Shown here: piece after piece, positions 25,108-36,850 of the stretch | Position numbering within the stretch: position 1 is the stretch's first letter | Layout: the number at the start of each line of letters is the position of its first letter | NCBI GenBank assembly: GCA_965644295.1 | Contig: CBFFRP010000146.1 | Coordinates: 186,001-250,000, forward strand | Origin: Paraphysomonas bandaiensis | Lineage: Eukaryota > Protista > Chrysophyceae | Reading direction: 5' to 3' | Length of the DNA stretch: 64,000 nucleotides | Program-made: the position numbers and the translations under genes | Notes under the pieces: model-generated | What the model saw: only the letters and a program-made list of their open reading frames with translations | What the model was told of the DNA's origin: nothing | Databases searched by the model: none

Positions 25108-28100
25108 ATGGGTGGAGAGGACAGAAAATCACGGAAAAGGCATCGATCTTATTCGAGATCACGATCACGATCACGATCAGCTGATAGGGATAAGAGGGGA
25201 AGACATAAGGTATAAGTAATATATATATATGTATAATATAATAATGAATGATTTAGGATAAGAAAAGAGATAGAGAAACTAGTCAAGAGAGGGATAAGAG
25301 AGAGAGAAAGAGCAGTCGACGTGAAAGAGATAAAGATATTCGAATAGTAAACCGCGGTAGAGATGATAGGGGTGATAGCAAGGGGAAATCAAGGAATCGA
25401 AGTCATAGGGGTGATGATAGGCGCCGGGATGATAAGAATGGTTCCAGTGGTAGAGGAGAAGATGCTGTGGCGCGTGTGGCAGCACTGATCAGTCAGCGTG
25501 CACTTGGGGCCGAGAAAACTGCGGAAGAGAGAGATAAAGAACGAAAAATGCAAATAGAAGCTGAGCAGGAGTTATTGGAAGTAGAGATGCGAAAGCGTCG
25601 GGAACGAGTAAAAGCATGGCAAGAAGAAAAGGCTCGCCGACTTGCTGCTACTGGTGCCGGTGATGGTGTTGCTGATGCTGCTGAGGGACCGAGTTCAGAT
25701 GGAGGTGGGGAAACGGAATCCAAAGAGCCTGGAAATTCTCAAGGAGGCCGAGCAAATTGGAGTTTGGAAGATGAGGATGATGATGATGACGACGACGAGA
25801 ATGATGTTGTGGAGAGGAAGATTGAGGTAGACGAACCCAACTTACCTGCAATTGCGGAACGTGGAAAATCCGAAGTGGACGAACAGCAGTCAACATGGTT
25901 CGACCCCTCAGCCATTACCCCTCAGATGAATAGTCATAGTGACAACAACCTGAAGGCGACGTCTGTGGAACCCAAAAATAGTTCTACCCCCTCCACCGAA
26001 GACGGTACGGGTGTGGATCCGTTAGATGCCTTTATGTCAAGCCTCTACGACACCGGAGATGTAGCAGAGCAGGATGCAGCAGTGGCAGAACCCGCTGGAT
26101 TAGGAAGTGGTAAATCCGGATCTGTGAATCCCTTCGGCTCGAACTTTATAACTCTTGAGCAGCTAGTGGGAAGCGGCAACAGGCGGGGTGAGGCTGATGA
26201 AGATGGGCGTAACGAGTGGGAGAGCGATGTGGCTATGTCTCCAGCTCCCTCGGTGGCTGCCCTAGATGACGGTGCTGTTAACGAGGAAGAGGAAGAGAGG
26301 GAAAGACGGGAATTCATTGAAGCTCTCAGAAATGCCCATGTAGAAACCACTGATTCAAAGGAAATCCAGAAGGATGACCAGCCGGCTGGGGCGGGTGACG
26401 ATGGCAGTGGCAGTCTAGGTCGTGTGTTTGCTGGAGAAGGAGATGTAATCGATGAGAGCGAAGTGGAAGCGAAAAAGAAGAGTGCACTTGAGCTGCTTGA
26501 GGAGGCGAAACGCGGGAAGGAACTGCGACCGGTGGACCACTCCACCATAGAGTACCTACCCTTCAGGAAGAACCTGTATATAGTACCGAGGGCCCTTGCT
26601 CGCATGTTACCGGAGGAGGTGGTCTTAGAGAGACAGGCTCTGCAGATCAAGGTCAGAGGAAAGGGCTGTCCAGCTCCTGTTAGTAATTGGGATCAGTGCG
26701 GCCTCTCAGAGCGCATATTGGCGGTGATAAACAAAAACGGCTTCGAGGCTCCATTTGCCATCCAAAAGCAGGCCATACCTGCCATAATGTGTGGACGTGA
26801 CATTATAGGGGTGGCCAAGACGGGGTCGGGAAAGACCTTAGCTTTCCTGTTGCCTATGTTTCGTCATATTCTTGACCAACCTCCCCTGAGAGAAAGTGAG
26901 GGGCCAATCGGACTGATAATGGCTCCTGCCAGGGAGCTGGCCTTCCAGATATTCAATGAGGCGAAGAAATTTACTAAGGCTCTGGGAATGCGAGTGGCTT
27001 GTGTGTATGGAGGAGCGGGTGTGGCAGACCAGATAGCAGAACTAAAGCGTGGGGCGGATATCGTGGTTTGTACTCCCGGGCGTATGATCGACATTTTGTG
27101 CATGCAGGCAGGGAAGTTGGTTACACTCAAGCGCGTGACAATGGTTGTTATGGACGAAGCGGATCGAATGTTCGATATGGGCTTTGAGCCTCAGGTATGT
27201 AGCTTCGTTGCTTTAATTTTGATAAATAGTTGTAATACTCAGATTAAAATGATTCTGCAAAACGTAAGGCCAGATAGACAGACTGTTCTCTTCTCCGCAA
27301 CTTTCCCTAAACAGATAGAGAAGCTCGCTAAATCGATTCTGCGGTTCCCTCTTGAAATAGTGGTGGGTGAGCGCAGTGCTGCAAACAAAGATATTACCCA
27401 GTATGTGGAGGTACATGAAGAGGAGGAGAAGTTCATGCGTCTGCTACAGCTGCTCGGTATATGGTATGAGCGAGGCAGCGTCCTCATATTCGTTGATAAA
27501 CAGGAAAAGTGCGATCAACTCTTTCAGGACCTACTGAAGTCGGGATATCCTTGCCTCTCTCTGCATGGTGGCAAGGACCAGCTCGACCGAGACCACACAT
27601 TACATGAGTTTAAGACACTGGTAAAAACTGTGATGGTGGCTACTTCTGTTGCAGGCAGAGGTCTGGATGTTCCTGAAATCGTTTGTGTAATTAACTACAA
27701 TTGTCCTAACCATGTTGAGGATTACGTTCACCGTGTGGGTCGCACTGGTCGAGCTGGCCGAAAGGGTACAGCCTACACCTTCATATCCCCCACTGAGGAC
27801 CAGTATGCTCCGATTATGAAAACTGTTTTAGAAAAGGCTGGCCAACCTGTTCCTGACGAGATCGAGGAGCTCGCAGCCTCATTTAAGGAGAAAGTTGCAA
27901 GAGGGGAGGCACACTGGTCCAATAGTGGTTTCTATGGTAAAGGATATACTTTCGATGCCTCTGAGATGAATGAGGCCCAAAAACTGGCCTCCATGCAGCG
28001 ACGTGCCTACGAAATTGAGCAAGGTAAGCGAGTGGTGCCAGTGCGTTTCATATGTGACATGGCATTTAATGCAGGCATCATATCTGAGAAGGGTGATGAA

Positions 28101-28832
28101 GATGAGATGGGAGAACCGCCTGAGGACATGTTTGGATACTACGAGGAAGATGAAGGGGAAGAAGCTTCTTCTGATGGGGCTGTAGAAGCAACTTCAACTG
28201 TTGCCGTCGAGCCGGCCCCCACGGCATCATCCAGTGCTGCTGTGCCCTCAGTTTCGGCGTCTTCCTCGGACATGACTCCTCTGGAGAGAGCACGTGCTCT
28301 TGCAATGGCCCTTAATGCCAACAAGACTACGACCGCTACTACCACTACACCTGCTCTTCCTCCCGCTCCGGTCACCGCTGATGGGAAGATAGACACTAAG
28401 GCAGCAATGAATCGTGCTAAAATGATTGCAATGCAGATGGGGGGTGGAAAATCAGGCGACGGGGAGATGCACTATATGGAGGAATTAGAAATAAATGACT
28501 ACCCACCTCAGGTATGAGTATATGCTGCCCTTGTATATATGCTCTGTATTTTGCTAATGAGCTGTAAATAGGCGAGAAAGAAGGTGACGCAGCGACAAAC
28601 TCTGGACGACGTTACTGAAAGGACGGGTGTGGCCATCATCTCTAGAGGTAGCTATGTTCCTCCGGGGAAGAAACTGGAGATAGGAGAGCGCAAGTTGTTC
28701 CTGCTGATAGAGGGCCCCACTGAAATGCAGGTGAAACAGGCCCGCCTTGACATGCAAAGAATGTTAGAAGAGGAGACTATTAGGCTGGGCGCGTCTGGAC
28801 AAACGAGTTTTGGGAGATATTCTGTTTTGTAA
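25108..28832 (+). CDS. DDX46: DEAD-box RNA helicase PRP5/DDX46; introns 25210-25256, 27195-27242, 28024-28074, 28512-28571
   Basis: RS-rich N-terminus MGGEDRKSRKRHRSYSRSRSRS, DPLDAFM motif, AKTGSGKT, DEAD, SAT, HRVGRTGRAG, C-terminal KH-like LEINDYPPQ|ARKKVT...GRYSVL. Confidence 0.96.
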
Positions 28833-28977
28833 ATCACTCGCAAATGGTAGCTAGCTAATACTCTAGGTAGAATGTGGGAAGATTATTCCTTCGTCGATGA
28901 AATAATTGGAATAATATTATACCTAAAGTTCTTTTCATACTGTGATCGTGGTGTCTCTTTCATGCTGAAGAGACAGC

Positions 28978-29260
28978 GCTTAACAATGCTATCTGATGCC
29001 CTACTGTTTAGCACTACGAAAGCACCAAGGTGCAACCACTTTCACCTTTCACTCTATCACTCAAAGAAAAAGCAGCGAGCAAGCAGAGTGTTGATAGCTG
29101 ATATGACTGACATCTGTTGACTTCAGGATTTTGGCCCTGATGCCCATCTAAACATTAGGACATCAGAGTTAAGCACTAGTTAGTTAAATTGCTTTGCTAC
29201 ATTAGTTCTGACTTTACTCGCCTATTGCTAATAATTAATAATCAGATTTTCACTACTATA
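28978..29260. mobile_element. Non-autonomous mini-element made of two inverted copies of the retroelement 3' end
   Basis: The left arm TCTGATGCCCTACTGTTTAG is the reverse complement of CTAAACATTAGGACATCAGA (29148-29167) at 18/20. 29001-29043 matches 36856-36918 with a deletion; 29170-29260 matches 39296-39390. Confidence 0.7.
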
Positions 29261-29907
29261 ATAACTAATAACTAAAACATATTACATCGCCAACATAATT
29301 TTGTGCCATATTGCATAAAGTAAATCACCAACATAATTTTAGCTTTCTTATGGCAACAATTGTTGCTATACTTCAGTTTTACAGTTAGATAATTAAGATT
29401 TATTGCTAGTCGTAATAATCAATGAGAGGTATACCTCGTATTAGTTAGAAGGTTATTAATTATTAATAATAAACTTCACATAAGGAATAGCGCCTAATAG
29501 TATAACAGCAAGACATGGTTGCATGAAACATTAGAACCAATCACATAGCAACGTATCTTATATGATGGTCAAGCATCTTATATAGTATATAGTCCAGTAC
29601 TAGTAGGCAATTGTTATTTCACTGTATCTTGTTGTAGCTATACAGTATTTGACAGCGTACTCCAGCCTTGTATTCACATTGTATTTAAGGAATAATACAG
29701 TTCTATGGGCACATAGCACATACCTATTCCCTATTCCAATAGCGTAGTTATTGAAGTCGCATAATTCAAATTCCAAGTGAATTTTTCATGTCACTGGACT
29801 CCGATGAAAACGCATCCAGTCGAATACACATTGAGAAGAGTATAGCTAGAATATAACCGATAGTGACTAATTGATAATGTTAATAAGTATACAATAACCA
29901 TCCGCAT

Positions 29908-30856
29908 CTACAACTCATTAGAAACTGACTCCTCAGTGTCAGTTTCAAGACTGCTATCGCTACCTAACTTTAAACCAAGAAACATATGAAGCACGCCGAT
30001 CTTTCTCTCGAGTTCTTCCAACTTAACATCCGACATGTCAGCAAGCATCATTCTTCTTAACCTGGCTAATTCTCTTTTAATATATCCTCTGCCACCCTTC
30101 GACAAGGCTCCCTCCATTACCTGATACGGTCATACTATAATCCTATAATATTAAATATGATACCACCAATACCTTGACAAAATACTTTGCCATATTCTTA
30201 TGGTCTGAGAAAGATAATGTCTCCATAATCCTCTTGGCTGAGGCTATTGCACTGGCACGATCCTGCGCACCTTCTTTACCTCCCCCGGAGTTCGCAAAAG
30301 CGGAAACAATGTCATGATATTCCCACAGCGGCTGTGGTAGTCGGAGATAATGAGCTCTTCCCACTATGTCATCGACAGCATCTGCAAAACCACTGATAGT
30401 TATGCTATCTCGAGACACACTAACAGGGACTGAATTGGATGCTCCAAATACCAACACATGTGGCAAGCTATTTATATTATATTTTTCCAACAATTCGGTA
30501 TTATCACCATCTGATCCAATAAACAGTACGTGTCAATTACAGAAATTATACAAGGAAAAATATGCACCTTTCACAATGACCTGTGCGACCATCATGTGGT
30601 CCTCGATATCCCACGAGAATGACCTGACCACATCACGATAGACAGCATGCAATCTGTCACTATTAACTGCACTCTTATTGAAGAATGCAACTATATAAGC
30701 ATGATCAGAGCTAGGTATGAGTCTTGGAAATGTTATTGAATCAAGCGATATGATGCCTTTGATTACATAGGGGTTCTTCTCTTTAGGGAGGGGCTTGCAA
30801 TGAGAGCAGTGCAGTAACACTGCAACCAAAGTCATTGTATAGATTAAATATGACAT
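29908..30856 (-). CDS. ERP29: ERp29-like ER protein, 3 exons
   Basis: Signal peptide; KGIISLDSITFPRLI (ERp29 N-terminal); AKYFVK|VMEGALSKGGRGYIKRELARLRRMM (ERp29 C-terminal D domain); ends SNEL, a retrieval-like signal. Confidence 0.75.
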
Positions 30857-31440
30857 TGATAATGGTCTAGGGGGGAGTTCTATTGTGATATGAAGATATG
30901 TGTGTACCGTTACTCTGCTATATATATAGAGAGGAGGATATCTGCACACATCTAGACATTAGAGCTGCAGAGGTGTATGTACCGTGTATATACTGCACAG
31001 CAGAGGCAGCCTGTACATACGGAGTAATATTTCCATCAGTATGTTGCAAGAGATCATGAAAAGTATGATTTTTCGGGGCATAAAAATGGATTATGGGGTT
31101 TTTGTTATTTGCACAGTATGGATATTGATAAAACCCTCTATTTTATTCAGTTTTTATTCATGCTTCTTCAAGATTCTTACAAGAGAATACCTTATACACT
31201 GTACTCTGTGGCTGGATACAGCTGTGTATACTCCAATGTGTGGATGTACCATGTAGTCATACAGGAGGCACATAGTAGTGTAGTCAGAGTGCAGAGAATG
31301 CATGTACAGATCTAGCAGTAGTGTATGAGTATGTCTGTGTGTGTTGGGTTATATACACAGTTTTCTTCCTGCCATTAATTGACTAGTGGATAAATATAGC
31401 AATACATCGCCCACATCTGTCACTCAACACATAACTGAGA

Positions 31441-32917
31441 ATGAGCGACATGGATATCGCCAAGAAGAATGATTTAACCTTTAAAATGGCGCCTTTTCTG
31501 GACGTTCATATGATAAGTTCGGTGTTGGATTTTTTACGTGAGGTGAGGTCCATATCTCATAGAAGCCTATATATATGCTACTTGTACTAACGATGTTATA
31601 CAGATTGAACTCTATGATAGTAAGGTGATAGCAAAGGAGAAGATTCGAGTGTTAATGAAGACCAATATGCTCGAGTTGGTGCAGGACGAGATTAACACCA
31701 TCCCTGCTGATGATAAGTCCATCCACGGCGACCCCAACCTCAGCAAAGAGCATTTAGAGGACAGTACGAACAAGATATTTGATAAAATTGACAATGAAAC
31801 CGATGCTGTGAAGCTATGTACTGAGTTTTTCAGTGATATGGAGCTGGTGGAAAGTTTAAAGGCTGGTTCCAACCTCACCATTGAGTATGTGTCTGCGCAC
31901 CACGGTATTACTCAGCAGGTTCTTGAGGAATATTACAAATTTAGCAAATTTAAATATGACTGTGGAATGTATTGTGATGCCGAAGAAATGCTCGGAAATT
32001 TTTTGAGCGTAGCACAGACACAGACCACCTCTGTACTGGGCGCTCTCTGGGGGCGCCTGGCTTGTCGCATCCTACAGGCGAAATGGGACGAATCTCTCAC
32101 CGATATTAACGCTGTCAAGGATGCTATTGAAAGTCGCAGCATTGCTCCAATGGACCAACTTCGTCAGCGGGCCTGGCTTATGCACTGGGGTTTGCTTGTT
32201 TTCTTGAACCAACGTGATGGCTTTGACGCCCTTTACCACTTCTTTTCAGAGAAAATATACCTTCAGACGATAGAGAACGTTTGCCCCTGGCTACTCCGCT
32301 ACTATACATGTGCTGCTATTCTAAGCTCCCACAGACGGGCAGTTATGATGGACGTTCTAAATGAGATCCTTGCCACATCCTACTTGCATTCGGATCCCAT
32401 GACTCAGTTCGTGGAGAGTGTTTATGAGAGATTTGACTTCGAGGAGGCGCAACAGCGTCTCTCTGAATGTCTTATCCTCATGAAGAATGATTTCTTTTTG
32501 CAAATATACGCCGATAAGTTCCTGCATGAGGCAAGACTGCTGTTGTGTGAAGTGTATTGCGCGATCAACCGGCGTGTGAACATGGTGACTTTGGCGGAGA
32601 AGCTTCAGTTGTCCGAGGACGAGGCCGAAAGATGGATGGTGGAGATGGTCAGAGGTGCCGTACAATCCAATGCTCAGGAAGGGTCTACAACAGACTCCTC
32701 CTCTGCTGCGGTAACCACCTTGAATGCCCGCATCGATTCTTCTGGTAAGCAAGTACTGATGGCGCCCCCACCGAAGATGGTCCACCAGAAGGTGGCAGAC
32801 AGAACCAGAGATCTCACTGTAAGGGCTGGTATTCTTAATAGCAACCTGGAGAACCTCATGAACGAGCAGGGAGAGTATATTATGAGGCAACAGCAGATGA
32901 GATCTCAGAGCGCCTAA
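31441..32917 (+). CDS. EIF3E: Translation initiation factor eIF3 subunit E (intron 31543-31603)
   Basis: DLTFKMAPFLDVHM, KFKYDCGMY, ALWGRLA, QLRQRAWLMHWGL, YLQTIENVCPWLLRY, PCI domain, LNARIDS. Confidence 0.95.
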
Positions 32918-34824
32918 AAGCGACTTTGAGTAGCTAGTCAATTAGTCATATTACTAGAGCACCCCTGCTGTTTGATTCCATACAGTGAACTCCGCAGTAG
33001 CGCAGTTGATTCATGTAAGAAATATATTCATAACTTATACTAGAGATATATAGTCTTATCTATTATAGTGAGGTGAAGCGGTGTAGCTTACTTAAAGTAG
33101 TTCTATGCTTTATATCAAACCGTAGTCACGGTATTAGTGCACCCGAGAATATAATCATTGAAATGGGAAGTCACTTCCTGCATTAGCTATTCGAGTCCTT
33201 TCTACTGGTATTTCGCACATATAGTTAGCAGTTATATGGGATATGGGCGTTCTACACTAGAATTCAGAGTAGGTAGCAGCAATAGACATAGCTAATTATG
33301 AATTTTCCAACAACCATAACTATTTCTTATTTTATTGAACTCAAAATTTCAGTTACACAATATAACTAAGATTTTGGAGTATGATTATCGTACTTATCAA
33401 TGTTATTTGCTGACTTGAAGGTTTGCTGTTTACTGCAGTACGCAGTGCGTAGTATATTGCCGGCACGTTTCCATCAATAAATATTAACAATACTATGATG
33501 AAAATGAATGCTATAAATTCATAATATTTCAATATGTTAAAAGAATGCAATATACTTTACTCCCCCCCATAATTGTGTGAGGAATCAACTCGTGAGAATA
33601 CATAATATATAACATGCATACAGCATGAACCATGAAGAAACACTATCTATCATGCAGACAGTAATGCTCAAACGGAGGGTTTCATTTAAGTAATTAATAT
33701 TAACCAGTATTAAGACTGGTTACCGGGAGCGTCAGTTAAGACTAAAAAGGAAAAATTTTAGTTGGCGTCCCCTTAGTGCTATTAACTACCAATGACTTGC
33801 AACCCACACATTACCTTAGTGTTAGCAGAAGATATTATTCAGGCATAAAACACATAAACATGAGCCATATCTTTTCCCCGGCGAACAATCCTTCAACCGG
33901 ATTAGCTGTAACGTGTGTACTCTTCTTTCATGCTTATCGAGTTGACTTCTATTGATATATACTCTCTTTCACTGCCTGTACAGGAATAGTACTGTAAATG
34001 TCTGAGGCTTTGAACGGTCTCGTCTGTCTAAGAATCCCTTTCCAGAATCGCGATTCGACAAATTAACGCGTTATATATACACGACACTGAAGGTATATAT
34101 CATCACTATCAAAGGTGTATGAGTTGAGCCAAAAAAACATTAAGCTATCGACAGTCAATGTGAGAGAACGCAAAGTTGAGTACAATATCACTCGTGGAGA
34201 CATGATCTAAGCTCCCATGCTGGTGTCATGTAGTCTATTCTATGATATGATATGATATCACAATGTAGAACTATGCGGGTATAGAGACAGCTCAATGGTG
34301 GTTCAAGGAGCTAATCCATAATGATAAATCTATTCTTTATGCCAGGTAGGGTTAGATTTAGATACGAATTGGATTGTATGAGACGTCTGTGTGGGCCCTC
34401 TGCTCTACCCTCTCAGAAAAAGGACATTTTCAACAGTTTGAGTTCCCAGCCACTCGATTTTATACTGCTGTATGTATGCGGTATGTATGTATGCCGTATG
34501 TATGATGGCATGAGGAGTTGATACGACTCTGGACGATAGTACTGTTGTACAACATCAGTGTGTACGTACACTGCTGTATATAGTAAGTATAGTATATAGT
34601 AGAGTAGAGTAGAGTAGAGTACTGCTGTATAGTATGGTGTGGTACACCTACAGACCTACAGTGTAGTCTGGTCAGATATGTCGTTGTGTGATTTTTTGTG
34701 GGAGCCAAGTAACGTAAACACCACACTGCTGCTGTATGCATAGTCACTCTGCACACTGCATATCCACTTGCTCTACATTCACGCAATACTTTAGGGAGAT
34801 TACGTTAAATTGACTTTACCCAAG

Positions 34825-36174
34825 ATGAGTGTCAATTTGACAGTTGCGGCTGGTATTGTGGGAAACATCCTCTCTGTTGTCGGTGTGGTTATAACTAACA
34901 AATACATCACTGAAGTAGATGGGTTTAACTACATGGTGTTTCTGTCATTTCTCCACTTTGTTTTTACCGCTCTAGGGACTAGAGTTTTGTTAGGAATGAA
35001 TACCTTTACATACAAACCTGCAGCAATGTCGGGAGTGCTTCCTGTTGCAGTGGTTCGCAATCGTTGCTTGTACTCTTTCTCTATTTCACATGTGTACAGG
35101 GATCGCTTATGTCAGTGGCATTTATGAACTTAAACTTGGCGAAGAACTCTGTAGGCTTTTATCAAGTATATCTTTATTCATCTCTATTGCTATTGAGCTA
35201 ACACATATTCTGCTAGCTTTCTAAATTAGCTTGTATCCCGGTGACGCTTCTCATACAGTACTTTGTGTACCACACATCAGTAAACCGCTATGTACAGCTC
35301 ACTTTAGTACCTATTACCTTTGGTGTCGGTTATGCAACTGTGTATGACCTAGACCTGAATTTTGTTGGAACAGGTTGGTCGTTGTGTATATGAATTGCTT
35401 TTTTCAATTAGTTTGACTGTGCTCTGAACAGTATTTGCTATTTGCGGAGTGGTCGCAACCTCTCTTGCCCAGATATTTACTAACACATACCAGAAGTCAC
35501 TGGATTGCAATGCTATGCAGCTTCTGTACCACACTGCCCCAGTGATTGGAGCGGTGCGTGTAAAATACTCAACTATTTTGCAGCTGATTGTGTATACAGG
35601 GCATGCTAATCATGTGTCCCTTCTTCGACGACGTATCAGCCCTTGTCAAGCACGAATACACATTTGACTGCGTGTTTCGCATAGGTGAGTCTTTGAGCGA
35701 TGATGAGCGTGTAGTTGTGACATATTATCGTGTGACTCAGTGTTGTCGTGCTGCTTCGCGCTCGGAGTAAATATTTCAAACTACCTCGTACTGGGCAAGA
35801 CTTCCCCGCTAACATACCAAGTAACACAATCTGCAGCAATCTGCACATTATATGCCATTATATTTTTGTAAACAGGTGTTGGGACATCTCAAGACAGTGT
35901 TGATTCTGGTACTTGGATTCACCGTGTTCAATGTAAGTCGAAGACAGTTTTGTAATACGCTCTCACTCCAGTTGCTATCGGCAGAAACCCCTGGATGTTA
36001 GGAACGTCATTGGAGTAATTATCGCAATGATAGGGTCAGTAAATATTGTATTAAGCTACTGCATATCAATATTTTATCTGTCGGCAGGGTAATTTCATAC
36101 ACTGAGGTGAGACGGCGCCAGAGTCCTGGACCTTCCAAATCATCGTCAAAGCCCCAGTCCGAGGACAAAGCGTA
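34825..36174 (+). CDS. Nucleotide-sugar / triose-phosphate transporter family protein (UXT/SLC35E3-like), about 9 exons
   Basis: NILSVVGVVITNKYI, FMNLNLAKNSVGFYQ|LSKLACIP, GVNISNYLVLGKTSPLTYQ|VLGHLKTVLIL after GT-AG splicing. Confidence 0.9.
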
Positions 36175-36558
36175 GTTCGTCTACTGCGAACCACATAACC
36201 GAGGTCTTTGATGTCTCCAAAAGCGATGGTGTTATTATAATCGCTTGGCAGAATTAGTGTACTGTCTACTAGCAAATGTATATGCCATCAGTCTTTAGTG
36301 TAGGATTGTAGAATTCACATACCCTGACAATTTTTGCCTAATTAAACTAGCACCAACTGCTTTGGACATTTGATAATGATAGTTTTTCCAGCTTTAGAAG
36401 ATTAGAAGTGCTGCTATATAGTAAAGGAGGCCTACTATTTTATATGTTATATATTATATACACAATGCAATTAATGAGTTAATAGACGACTTCCAAACCT
36501 GACACAAACACATGAAAATAGTATCTGCGTCGGACTATTGCTGCACGAGCAAATTTGT

Positions 36559-36589
36559 TTTGCTCACCGTAAGTTGTACGGTGAGCAAA
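36559..36589. other. Perfect 13-bp stem hairpin
   Basis: TTTGCTCACCGTA-AGTTG-TACGGTGAGCAAA. Confidence 0.85.
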
Positions 36590-36850
36590 TAACGTCAAGA
36601 CTGGGGTTCTGTAAGTCATACTGGGGGTAGTGTTTCATGTGTTATCCATCGTATTAGAGTGTTCCGGATTCCGGAGTGGTGTAAAGTCAAAAAATGAAAC
36701 ACTCAAATCTCAAAATTTTCGTCATACTTTGTGACAGAGTTTGTTACATATATATTATTGAAAGTCTTAGAAACCTGTACCAATATAGTGGCTAGTTGAA
36801 TGCTAAATACTAGTTAGACCTCTACCCATGACTAATCCGTACAAATTCCA

